The notes under the pieces are model-generated. The model was not told where the DNA came from and made no database searches. It was given only the letters and a program-made list of their open reading frames with translations. A DNA stretch of 63,048 nt, filler included, from Octopus bimaculoides (lineage: Eukaryota), in the NCBI RefSeq assembly GCF_001194135.2. It is 5 parts of 5 records of this genome, joined end to end, with 100 filler letters (N's around TTAATTAATTAA, not from the genome) between each part and the next. Parts side by side here need not be neighbours in the genome. Positions count along the whole stretch, not along the records: positions 50,273 to 59,525 come from NC_068981.1; positions 59,626 to 63,048 come from NC_068996.1; 3 more parts are not named here. One strand, given 5' to 3'. The translations under genes and the position numbers were made by a program. Shown in pieces: positions 51,600-63,048 of this stretch (position 1 is the stretch's first letter; every line of letters starts with the position of its first letter).

Positions 51600-52573
51600 G
51601 AAAAAGGTTCCTACCAACGGCGGTCGAGCACGGGTACGTAACTATGTCCCCCAGTCCAGAACTTTCCTCTCCAACATGAACTAATTCCAACCGGGAGATG
51701 GATGAAGCTCTATCACAGTGGAGAGAGCTTGGTTTGTCAGTTCTGGTTACAGTGGAGGATAGACAGAAACAGAGAGTATGGGACAATCTGCGTTCAGGTG
51801 CCACTTTCAACTCTCTCCTTGATCAACCTGATCAATTTTCAAGGTGTCGTCTACTTTCAGCTAGTGCAAAATTCTCAGGGGACTGGATTGATGTCCTGCC
51901 TGTGGCCAACATTGACGGTCTACTCAGTCTAGATGAACTCCGCATCTCCATCGCATTCAGAGTGGGAGTTGACGTCTTTAAGGGACTGAGATGCCGCTGT
52001 GGTAGACCCCTCGACCCCACAGATCTTGCCGCCTAAACGTTGGTCGCTTCGTTCGTCACCCCGAGCTACACCTAATCATTAAGCGGGCTCTGGCTCGGAT
52101 TAATATCCCCTCCGTTCTGGAGCCGCCGGAGTGATCCAGAAGTGATGGAAAGAGACCAGATGGTCTTACCCTCTCTCCCTGGGTTAGAGGTAGGTGCCTC
52201 ATTTGGGACTCCACAACCTGCGACTCCTTTGCTCCCTCCCACATGCTGGATGCCGCAGTTAATGGGAGTGTCACTGCTTCTGTAGACGGACGGAAGAAAA
52301 CCCTGAAGTATCGGGACCTGTCAGTGAACTATCTCTTCCAATCTGTGGCGTTTGAGACGTTCGGAGGGACTGAGCCACTAACCACGAAGTTCTTGCCAAC
52401 GTTGGCAGTTCGCCTCACCGAGGTGTCAGGTGATGCCCGTGAGGACGCTTGGCTTTCCCAACGCCTTAGCCTCGCCATCGACCATGGTAATGCTGCGAGA
52501 GTGCTGGCGGCTTGCTTCAGTAGGTTCCGTTAAACCTTGTGGTGTGCGATTAGTTGCAGTAATAAAAAAAAAA
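51600..52573 (+). mobile_element. CRE-clade non-LTR retrotransposon 3' part (RLE) with poly(A)
   Basis: RLLSASAKFSGDWI..LRISIAFRVG..CRCG; DGKRPDGLTLSPW..LIWDST; KY..YLFQSVAFETFG; QRLSLAIDHGNA; poly(A) at ~52562. Confidence 0.85.
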
Positions 52574-53221
52574 TCCCCACAAATTGTTTCAATACAGGGA
52601 TCTTGTCTTTCTCATTCGCAAATGACCCCCACTTTAATTTTGCTCAGATTGCTTTCAATTTTGGTGTATCAATGCAACTCTGAATTTTGATTACGATCAA
52701 CCAGCTACTTTATCTCGTAAATTAAAGTATCTAATGTTATTTGGAATTAAAGTTGGGAAATTTGGGTAATTTTAGCCAATCAACAGACAGTAAGGCATTA
52801 ACAGCTTGTTACCATGACAATCGCACGTTGTGCTGAGTTTCACCTGCATGTGTTGATTCTTCACACTACGAGATTTACTTCACCCGCGTTTTGTTGTAAT
52901 AAAAATTTATATTTATCAATTAGAATTTTATTATAGATATTTTTCGTCAATTGTCTTAATATTTTACATATTTTCCCTATATAGTAAAAGTTGTTTGCGA
53001 TGTTTATACAGTTTCTTCGCAAGGTGAATGGAATATGTGAACTTAATACAGACAATTTGACATTATTTTGAATTTTGCATGTAAAAACCTATAAGATACA
53101 GGTATTCTTTTTCTTGGGACAAATTCTTTGTTGACCAGTGTTATTCTTATCGTAGTTTACAAATCCAGATATGAAAACGTTACTCAACTTTGAAGTTTTG
53201 GAGACAGACGCCCCGCCCCCT

Positions 53222-53269
<48 letters not shown>

Positions 53270-53803
53270 ATATTTTAATGATGTACACAAATACAGGATA
53301 GGTATACATAATACTGAAATACGCATAAAGTAAGCACATGCAGACAAATATATAAAAATAACAAATTAAAAATAAATAATAAAAACATACAATCAATGAA
53401 GAGACAAAAGAAACAGTATGATGATACATGCTGATTTTATTCAATATTTCTGTTTATTTAGAAACCTACAATGAAGAGGTCATCTCACAGACGCTAAACT
53501 ATAAATTTCACAGGGTACAACCTTAAAGTTGACACCGCTCCGCTAAACGCAGATAATTTCTGTCTCGTTATTGGCTTAAAATACACAATTTTTCGATTTT
53601 TAAACTTCTATAACTTTTTCCTCCAGTTTTTTTCTCCACGTCATACCTTCATAGCAATTAGACCTGGAAAACTTTATTATTATAGCCGATTTTCAGATCT
53701 TTTACTGTTTTTTAAAAGNNNNNNNNNNTTTTGTTTATTTTAAAATTTGCCAGCAAAATCCTATAAAATGACAATGTTCTAAAATATGTACATGTTTATA
53801 TGT

Positions 53804-55813
53804 TACTAGCTGGTGTACCCGGTAATTCCCGGAGGAAAAGATGTTCTATTGAAATGCCTTATTACTCTGATATAAGAAAGTAATTTCGTTATAATTGTCA
53901 CGGAAGGTGTATTTTTCGTCGCGAAAAAGTATAAAAAACTGTCAGCTAGAAGAGGGAGAGATTTTTGGAGATTGGCGAGAGAGGTTTTCGGAGATTGGCG
54001 AGAAAGTACTCTGACTCGTCGTGGCATTTTAAAGGTGAACTTTATGAAGGCTAATTTATTAAAGGTGATATATAAATGTAGTATATATGTATATAAATAT
54101 ATGAATGAAGTGTTTAATGTTTAAGAATGAAATGAAGAAAGTGCAATAATAACGTTCACATTCACTGATGGTCACTCTCAGTAACTGCCTTTAGCTTAAT
54201 GAGTTCTTGTTTTTATAACTATCGAAAAGCAGCTAGAAGGATAGACATATTGTTGAGAACAAAAGATATCGTTGGAGGTCTGTTATCTCCATTCCAGCCT
54301 CTAGTAGCCTGAAAGATGTTAGAAGGGTCAAGTGGCAAAGACATTATTCTGCTTAGCGAATGCATCTGGGAAATGTATAACTGCTGTCATTCACAGAAAA
54401 ACTATTGTTTTACCGTGAGAACAGCGCTGTTGAAGCGTTAAGTGAAATTTGACAATCGAGGATCGAATCCATGCTATGCTTGCATGAACCACTATAAATA
54501 CGGTGTGGAATAAAAAAATTTATCTACTGTGATGGAACAGTGTAACTGTAAAAATGCAGAATTATCGGAGTAATGGGCATTCAAAAAAGTATGTATGAAT
54601 GAAGTCTTTAAGGTTTAAGATTCAAATCAAGGAAGTGCAACAGTAATGTTTAGCAGTTCAAAACTGAGTAGTGAAATGCAGAATTAGGTCGGTTGGTCAT
54701 GAGAATCAAATATTGATCCCTTCGCTAAAAACTGCAGGTGGTATGGGTTATTTCCCTTGGGTTGTTTAAATAAAATATTAGTAATATGTAGAAGATAGAA
54801 GGATCCATTGGAGGGACCTATTATCGATTTTTTTTAACAATCCAAGTATGTCACGAGGTTTCCAGACATGAGTTCTACTCACGTGTCAAATAAAGTATAA
54901 TAGTGATATTGTCTGCAAAAATTAGAAATTGGACACACACAAAAAATCAATATTCAAAGTAATCGAACATAAACAATGAAACCTGTAAAATATTTCTAAA
55001 TTCGATGGCTCAATTAGTTTCATGAAAATGTTGTATGAACTGTAAATAAGCAATAAATATTATTTGTAAAATAAGCATAAGTGATACAGGGTGTCCCAAC
55101 TGAATATGGTGTAGAAGTTTGGTCTCATTTTTAAAGAATTTTAAGCATTCAAAGAATGAGTTCATTTTATTGGGACACACTTATTAAATACGTTCTGGAA
55201 TCAAAAATTTAAGTACTTTCATCGTATAATTTTAACTGGAAAAATGTAGAATTATCGGAGTTATGGGCATTGAAAGTATACATGCATCAAGAAAGTGCAA
55301 TAATAAGATTTAGCAGTTCAAAACTGTGAGTAATGAAATGCAGAATTAGGTCCGCTGAATCTGGAATCAAAAATTTATGAACTGTCATCGGAAATATTTA
55401 GCTGGAAAAATGCAGAATTATCGGAGTTATTGGTATTGAAAATGTACATGCATCAAGAAAATGCAATAATGTTTAGCAGTTGAAAACTGTGAGTAATGAA
55501 ATGCAGAATTAGGTCCGCTGATCGTGAGAATCAAATATTGATCGCTTCGCTAAAAACTAACAGCTGTAAGTGCAGGTGCTATGGGTTATTTCCCTTGGGT
55601 GTTTAAAAAAAATTAGTTATATGAGGTAGATATAAAGATCCCTTCCAAGGGCCGTATTATCGATTTTTTTTTCAACAATGTAAGTCTGTCACGAAGTTTC
55701 CAGACATGAGTTCTACTCACGTGTCAAGTTTCATCAAAATCAATAAAACGATCTAGGAGGAGTTAGCTAACAACGCCACAAACAAACACACCGATTTTCC
55801 ACATATGTAGTAG
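53804..55813 (+). mobile_element. Non-autonomous Helitron/Helentron-like element with modular internal repeats
   Basis: 5' tactagctg..acccgg and 3' caagtttcatcaaaatc..acaaacaaacac..gtagtag resemble Lep1-type Helitron ends (from memory); internal repeats seen directly. Confidence 0.55.
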
Positions 55814-56859
55814 ACGTATGATAATAAAAATCCAAAATTTTAAAAGAAACAAAAGAAATATTTTGGGTTTTTCCTCATCAACATACATGGTTATTAATAA
55901 GTTCCTATACAATTTTCAGTATTAAATTTGAAATGTATCTAATCTCAGCTGGCCTGATGCATCTTTATCGTCACGAATTAATTTTTTAGTCAGTTAATGT
56001 TTGCTAATTAAAAAAGATAATTAATAATTATTTCAACTTTGTTCTATGTGGATGGTTTGCGGGGAAGGATAACTAATGTGAATGGGAGTAAAACTGAAAA
56101 TCACGTATTTTTCTGTTTTTCGAATAAGCGTCCCATTACGGTTTGTAAACCAAATGACATTTGACATACTTGAGAATTAGGAATTTTAAGAACAAATATA
56201 TTTAAGAATGTAATCAATTCTTTTATCTATGCTTTTCACAGGTCAACGCTACTATAAATGAACTAAACTTATAGACAGACTTTATGAGTGCATGTATACA
56301 CATACACACACAGTTTCCTACCCTTGAAAAAGGTACCCCAATTTTGAGAAAAAGGAAAAGATGAACATAAAGAACAAGGTCACAGCACTTCCATATACTT
56401 TACCAAGACGTTGTGTTCATGGTTTAGTGACATACAAATCCAGTTGATCACTTTGCATTTTTTTCTTTTGCTTTTACAGTACGGAAACACGGTATGTTTA
56501 GCAATAGATAGTTTTAACGTTAAAGGTGGCTTGTGGAAAATTTAACTTCGCTCACTAGAGTGTTCAGGAAATTTTGAAATTTATTTTGGGGTAAAAAAAA
56601 TAGCGTCCTCAACATCTCATAATATAGTACATACTGTTTATACTCTTAAAGTATCACAGAAGATATGAGAAATGAAAATTTCAAACATTTAGGGAGCGTC
56701 AGGTTCAAAGTTGTCAAATGAAAATTATACTTTTATGCTAGACCAAAAAAAAAAAGATTAATGCTGGTTACTTTATTTAACAAGAAATGTTAAATATATC
56801 TGAATCAGCATCTAATAAATTCTAAATTGATGAATCCTTCAGTATTTGCAGCACTGCTG

Positions 56860-58800
56860 TCTTCTTTCTGCGTTAGATATGAAACCCTTGTAAAGCAATG
56901 TTGCTCGAGGCCAACAAATATCTTTACAGCATCTATCATGTCGCTTCAAACCATATTTTTTTTCCAGATAGAATAGCTCCAAGCACTGGAAGTTGCATCC
57001 TATTTCTCAGTGATAACATTCATGCTTCTGGATAATGTTTCTATATCAACATATAAATGAATTTATTAAAAAGATTAAGAGTAAAGTTGCAGCATCTCTA
57101 AAGGAGTTTTTCTCCAGTAGCATCTTTGTATTATATAACATTTTGTTCAGATTTTTTTCTGTATTAGTTGTGTTGGTCCATTTCAACAAATGATTACTAT
57201 TACATTGTAATTCAACACTTACTATATCATTCATTCCAAAAGAGGAATAAGTAGCTCTTTTACATATTTTGTAATATTTTCTACAGAAAATATAAAAGAA
57301 ATATTTAATATCCTTCAGTATGTTCATACTTTCTGTTTGGTTGCTTGTGAAGGAAGACGAGTAAACTTTAGATCTTTTTTCTAATATGCTTTCACTCACT
57401 AGCTATTATCTTCTTGGGCAGCATTTCTTCTATTTTTCTCTTAAATCTATAGCCAAAATTTGGAATAATATTAAAAAATCCCTCAGTATTAGAATCAAAA
57501 GGATCTATTCTGTTTGTTAATACTCAGATATCTGCAATAGATTTTGGTCAGATAGAAAATATTTGTAAATAAGTTTTATTCACTTTCATGATCATCATCA
57601 TAATTGTTTAACGTCCGCTTTCCATGCTGGTATGAGTTGGACGGTTTGACATGGAGCTGTCCAGACTCCAACTGTCTGTGATGGCATGGTTTCTATGGCG
57701 AGATGCCTTCCCTAAAGCCAATTTTATTAAAGCAGTTTATTCACTTCTTGAACAGGCTTTAAAAGTGGATATAAAATTTATAGTACTCTTGAAAATACAG
57801 CATAATTCATGAAATGATTGAGCAGTATCACTTGACTCGTAATTATAAAGTAAGCTTGCAATTCAAGCCATTGATTCAAAATTCTATTTAATGCATGTTC
57901 AGTTGATTAACACCATATTCAAATAATTGCACTACTGTTTAAAATCTTCAAAAGTTGTTATCATTAACAGCAAAGTACAATTAACAATAAGCTATTTGTT
58001 TGATTGAAGAGTGGGAAAACCACTTTCAAATTCTGCTAGCAAAAATTCCAAGCTTCTAGGGAGACATTCAGCAGAATATGAGCTACTGGCAATTGTAAAA
58101 CATAAATAAATGCAATGACGAAACTTCTTGCTTTAACTTCTGATGGACACAACTCTTACCATGAAACTGGCATTGTCAACTTCAGAAGCCAATGAATTTT
58201 TAATGTTTAACTATTTTCACACGAGTTATTTTTTCAAAGCATCTATAATTCTATTTCCATCATACATTCCTAAAAGTTCCAAATCAAATTAAGAATGCAC
58301 AACTTTTTTGTTGTAATAGTTAATCATTCTCAGAAGTTTGTTAACTGTGGTATTATCGGATTCATGTAATAGAAGGCTGAAGTTTCCAGTGCCTACATCA
58401 GAAATAAAATCCTCATAATGCATCCAGCAAACATTCTTTGCAGTATTTTCACATTTGGTGCGATGCAACTTCAATTTGGAACAGTTTCATTACCAGGCAT
58501 TTTATTTTTGCCCAAATCTGCTAAATGATTAGTGTTAGATGAAGAATGCCAGCAAATATACATTACTTGGTTAGCTTCAAGCATCGAGTTTCATAACATT
58601 TCCTCATCAAAAATTAGGAGCAGAAATTGCATTAAATTAAACTGCAATCTAATGCTCTTTTGTTTGGTAATGGCTTACTAACAAATATTTTGCTATTTTG
58701 TCACAGTCACATCTACAAAATTTGCAGGGCGCTTTCGACTGATCAGCAGGGATTTCATACAGCTATGTACTAAATGTTATCATAGAAAGTTATTCCTTTA
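56860..58800 (-). mobile_element. hAT-superfamily transposase fossil
   Basis: BED-like CKFC, KLHRTKC, FSLLLHES.D, DNAS.MV, LPRSLEFLL and C-terminal MNVI..RNRMQLP..KYGLKR; many stops and frameshifts. Confidence 0.8.
57590..57720 (-). mobile_element. RTE-type 3' tail fragment inserted in the hAT fossil
   Basis: (ATC)n + gtttaacgtccgctttccatgc..ttggacggtttgac. Confidence 0.7.
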
Positions 58801-59185
58801 GGATCTATGTTATCGTTGTTTCTTTGATCATTATCGAGAAACAAACTTTAAATGGATAAAGTTTTATACAAAGAAAAAAAAATTTGAAAGCTCAAAACTT
58901 CATTTGCTGAAAAATTGAGTCATGTAACAAGGGTGGCCGACAACTGATACACATCAAAGCGCCCACTTGGAAGCTTGTTCCTGTTGCTAGATGGTAATAG
59001 TCCCAGTATCAGCTTTAAGTTACCGAATGTTGTCATTGAGTTAAAATTTTTACGAAATATTATAGTATTATTTCACAGTTTCTTAGTATATATGCCAAGA
59101 CTATTTCCCTTCTTTTTAAGCATTAGACTAATACAATATTTGCTAAAACTTGCTCTTATATAATCTTTTTGCGTTTATGTGTATA

Positions 59186-59525
59186 CAGGAGTGGCTGTGT
59201 GGTAAGTAGCTTGCTTACCAACCACATGGTCCCGGGTTCAGTCCCACTGCGTGGCATCTTGGGCAAGTGTCTTCTACTATAGCCTCGGGCTGACCAAAGC
59301 CTTGTGAGTGGATTTGGTAGACGGAAACTGAAAGAAGCCCGTCGTATATATATGTATATATATATGTATGTGTGTATGTGTTTGTGTGTCTGTCTTTTTC
59401 CCCCCAACATCGCTTGACAACCGATGCTGGTGTGTTTATGTCCCCGTAACTTAGCGGTTCGGCAAAAGAGACCGATAGAATAAGTACTAGGCTTCTAAAG
59501 AATAAGTCCTGGGGTCGATTTGCTC
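59186..59525 (+). mobile_element. SINE family 1, cut by a gap
   Basis: Highly similar to 35907-36338. Confidence 0.9.
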
Positions 59526-59644
59526 NNNNNNNNNNNNNNNNNNNNNNNNNNNNNNNNNNNNNNNNNNNNTTAATTAATTAANNNNNNNNNNNNNNNNNNN
59601 NNNNNNNNNNNNNNNNNNNNNNNNNATATATATATATATATACA

Positions 59645-59815
59645 TATATACGACGGGCTTCTTTCAGTTTCCGTCTACCAAATCCACTCACAAAGCTTTG
59701 GTCTGCCCGAGGCTATAGTAGAAGACACTTGCTCAGTGTGCCACGCAGTGGGAATGAACCCGGAACCATGTGGTTGGTAAGCAAGCTACTTACCACATAG
59801 CTACTCCTACGCCTA
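59645..59815 (-). mobile_element. SINE family 1, 5' half
   Basis: Reverse complement of the head and central region. Confidence 0.88.
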
Positions 59816-59979
59816 ATCAGAGATGTATACGTGATGGGATTAGGATCGCACGTGAGTCGGACGAGGACCTGAAGAACAAGGTCAGAGAATTTCGGGAGAA
59901 AAACGTAGCTTCAGTTGCTATCAGTAGCAGGTCACAGATGGGTTCATTTAGAAAACGATATTAATATCATCCAGAAAAA

Positions 59980-60165
59980 AGGCGGTGAGCTGGCAGAACC
60001 ATTAGCACGCCAGACAAAATGCTTAGCGGAAATTCGTCCGTTATTACGTTCTGGGTTCAAATTCCGCTGAAGACGACTTTACTTTTCGATAAATGCACTA
60101 AGGTCGATCAAATCGACTTACCACTGCCCCTGAAATTGCTGGCTTTGTGCTAAAATTTGAAACCA
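59980..60165 (+). mobile_element. SINE family 3
   Basis: aaggcggtgagctggcagaa..gggttcaaattccgc. Confidence 0.8.
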
Positions 60166-60289
60166 ATATCCTGGATAAGATTCTGAAAAGCAATGCGGGA
60201 ACCACGGGGTATATTGCGTATCAAACATGCTGAGATGAATTTGGTGTGAAGGAAATCATGAACTTTGCCGTTTTAGACGATGTTCTACA

Positions 60290-60538
60290 ATTTCTTGTTG
60301 ATCAACCACAGAGATAATTTGTTTATAATGATCAAATGTTTGTGTACACACAAGCTCACTCTCCTCCATCAAATCGACATTACCTGTACAGGTGCATGAT
60401 GTACTACATGTCAGATGACGAAATGATCGAGGATTAAGAACGTGAAATGATCTGTTTTGCTTAACACAACGCTATGCCAGACTGGGAATCGAAACCATGA
60501 TCTTGCAATCGTGAGTTTAACACCCAAACCATTAAGCC

Positions 60539-60540
<2 letters not shown>
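60290..60540 (-). mobile_element. SINE with family 2-like head
   Basis: gggaatcgaaacc..gcaatcgtgag..aaccattaagccat. Confidence 0.65.
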
Positions 60541-60587
<47 letters not shown>

Positions 60588-60594
60588 TACATGC

Positions 60595-60629
<35 letters not shown>

Positions 60630-60938
60630 NNNNNNNNNNNNNNNNNNNNNNNNNNNNNNNNNNNNNNNNNNNNNNNNNNNNNNNNNNNNNNNNNNNNNNN
60701 NNNNNNNNNNNNNNNNNNNNNNNNNNNNNNNNNNNNNNNNNNNNNNNNNNNNNNNNNNNNNNNNNNNNNNNNNNNNNNNNNNNNNNNNNNNNNNNNNNNN
60801 NNNNNNNNNNNNNNNNNNNNNNNNNNNNNNNNNNNNNNNNNNNNNNNNNNNNNNNNNNNNNNNNNNNNNNNNNNNNNNNNNNNNNNNNNNNNNNNNNNNN
60901 NNNNNNNNNNNNNNNNNNNNNNNNNNNNNNNNNNNNNN

Positions 60939-60987
<49 letters not shown>

Positions 60988-61354
60988 GGTGAAAGCAGAT
61001 AAAGTTCTTCTTTTGAACATCCCTTGCGGTTTACGGTTGACAATGGGAAGACATCGCTCCTCCTATCAGATCAGTAAACATTGAGAATATAATTGGTTCT
61101 TTGTTCCAACAGGAGCACAAAAAAGATCATTGGTGCCTGAAATTACAGTAACCTGGAAGGATAGATATGACATTTCTCGTCAACTGAAAGAAAGCCAAAA
61201 ACAAGGAATTGCTCGATGTGACTTTTTACCATAGTATGGCATGGCATGGAACCATATTCTCTATAAAGAGTTGACACCCGCTTTTGCCAAGCATGACCAA
61301 TGCGTTGTTTTCTGCAGAAAAATGGTCAGGATCTCAAATGACCTAAGAAAACCA

Positions 61355-61510
61355 ACGTGGCTGTCTGTTAAGAATTTTGCTTCTCAAACATAGGGTTCCG
61401 AGTTCAGTCCCACTGCATGGCACCTTGGGCAAGTGTCTTCTGCTATAGCACCGGGCTGACCAAAATCTGTGAGTGGATTTGGTTGACGGAAACCGAAAGA
61501 AGCCTGTCGC

Positions 61511-61549
<39 letters not shown>

Positions 61550-62160
61550 TGAGTGTGTGCGTGTATATATTCTTTTATTATTTTACTTTTCTTTTATACA
61601 TTTCAGTCATTTGACTGCGGCCATGNNNNNNNNNNTGTGTGCGTGTATATATTCTTTTATTATTTTACTTTTCTTTTATACATTTCAGTCATTTGACTGC
61701 GGCCATGCTGGAGCACCACCTTTAGTCGAACAAATCGACCCCAGGACATAATATTTGTAAGCCTAGTACTTATTCTATTGGTCTCTTTGCCGAACCGCTA
61801 AGTTTCAGATTCCGTCAACTAAATCCACTCCTAAGTCTTTGGTCGGCCCGATGCGATAGTAGAAACCACTCTAGTAGTAGCAGTAGTAGCAACAATGTTT
61901 TATTTTTTAATTGTTTTAATTATTAAACTGCGGCCATGCTAGGGCAACGCCTTGAAGAATTTTAATCAAATGCATCGACACCAGTACTATTGGTAATTTT
62001 TGCCGAACTGATAAGTTACTGGGACATAAACACACCAACACCGGTTGTCAGTCGGTGACGGGTAAAAACACACACACACTTGATATATACAACGGGCTTC
62101 TTTCAGTTTCCGTCCACCAATCCACTTTAGTAGGCCCGAGATTATATTGTAGAAGACATA
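61355..62160. mobile_element. Cluster of SINE family 1 fragments in both orientations
   Basis: 5' half on plus at 61355-61520; 3' and 5' parts on minus at 61595-61870 and 61900-62160. Confidence 0.75.
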
Positions 62161-62235
62161 TGACCGTGGGCGTAGTGGTTAAGAGCGCGGGCTACTAACC
62201 CCAAGATTCCGAGTTCGATTCCAGGCAGTGAACTG

Positions 62236-62266
<31 letters not shown>

Positions 62267-62455
62267 GTAATAATAATAATAATAATAGTAATAATAATAA
62301 TAANNNNNNNNNNATAATAATAATAGTAATAATAATAATAATAATAGTAATAATAATAATAACATCGAAAAATTCCTTAGGAATGAGAACCCAGGTTCGA
62401 AATTTCCCCAAGACACCTGATGAAGGCTGGAGGGTATATCAGCCGAAACATTGTC
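62161..62455 (+). mobile_element. tRNA-headed SINE-like element: tRNA head + (TAA)n + hammerhead module
   Basis: A box tgggcgtagtgg 62167-62178, B box gagttcgattcc 62211-62222; HHR core at 62417-62452. Confidence 0.8.
62412..62455 (+). ncRNA. Minimal type I hammerhead ribozyme (Penelope-type), stem III mutated
   Basis: gacac-CTGATGA-a-GGCTG gagggtatat CAGCC-GAAAC ATT gtc; the 16166 copy has GAAACGTT here. Confidence 0.7.
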
Positions 62456-62486
62456 TATACAATCGAATCGCGCTCTTCTTCTTGGC

Positions 62487-62536
<50 letters not shown>

Positions 62537-62730
62537 GTTTGAATTTTGCTTTGTATTTGTACAAGTTAGCTCCATGTCTAACCCAGAGACCTCAAGAGAC
62601 AACAAGTTAGAAGTTCAAGTTGGTGTTATACCTAAGGTGTCATATATTTGGTTTTGTACAGTGTTGTTCTAGAGAATATTTAAGAAAACATAAGAAAATT
62701 TTGAGTTTGTTTCAAAATTTGAGATTACAT
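62487..62730 (-). mobile_element. Probable 3' UTR of a (TAA)n-tailed retroposon
   Basis: Unique segment between two (TAT)n tracts; family recalled from memory only. Confidence 0.35.
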
Positions 62731-63048
62731 ATTATTATCATTATCATTATTATTATTATTATTGTTCAGTAGTTTTATTTTTATAACGTGCTTTCACTTC
62801 ACTACCGAGCGCAGCTCTGTGCGCCTTGGGTATGTGCTGTGGTTTGCTGTGGTGCTCTTATGTTTACTGTATTGAAAGTGTTTTGCGTAGAATGTGTGCA
62901 GTACCCAGTAGTGCAATTTTCTGTATGTTATATATATTTGTAAGTCCTGGTGTTTTTGTTATGTATTTGTCTGAATATTTTTTTTATTATACCTAAGACA
63001 CCTACTATGATAGGAATTGTTTCTGTTTTTAGATTCCACATTCGAGTT
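62731..63048 (-). mobile_element. R4/Dong-clade retrotransposon 3' end
   Basis: RMWNLKTETIPIIVGVLGII..IQKIALLGTAHILRKTLSIQ* followed by a (TAA)n tail. Confidence 0.8.

Noticed and set aside
59186-59815. Closely spaced inverted SINE pair as a dsRNA/editing substrate
   Set aside because: The copies are separated by an artificial scaffold linker, so spacing and orientation are unverified.
61554-61700. ~70-bp direct repeat flanking a 10-N gap
   Set aside because: Typical unmerged contig overlap.
62161-62232. Functional tRNA gene
   Set aside because: Acceptor stem does not pair well and it continues into a repeat body: a SINE head, not a tRNA. No CRISPR array, rRNA or intact tRNA was found in the window.

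Overview
AT-rich, gap-ridden, repeat-dominated animal genomic DNA. The microsatellite load and SINE/LINE families suggest an octopus (inference). Nearly all ORFs in the supplied track are microsatellite or N-gap artefacts or transposon remnants. No complete protein-coding gene is identifiable; there are three unidentified candidate exons (7386-7453, 9244-9560, 14317-14412). Recognisable fossils are mariner, Tc1, hAT, a Helitron-like element, Tx1/L1, CR1/L2-type, RTE, R4/Dong, CRE and Penelope-like elements, several tRNA-derived SINE families and a tRNA-Asp pseudogene. The main hidden signal is a set of type I hammerhead ribozyme (HHR) motifs. (i) A ~270-320 bp structured element family occurs three times (1835-2128 minus, 18203-18525 plus, 21650-21920 plus). 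The 21650 copy has a complete-looking HHR inside a 126-nt rod, and flanking hairpins show compensatory changes between copies. (ii) A tRNA-headed SINE-like element carries an HHR (62161-62455, with relatives at 16166-16333 and 3261-3397). (iii) Several isolated HHR remnants occur elsewhere. All folds were derived by eye, and no activity or database match has been tested. Four TTAATTAATTAA blocks inside 100-bp gaps are assembly linkers.
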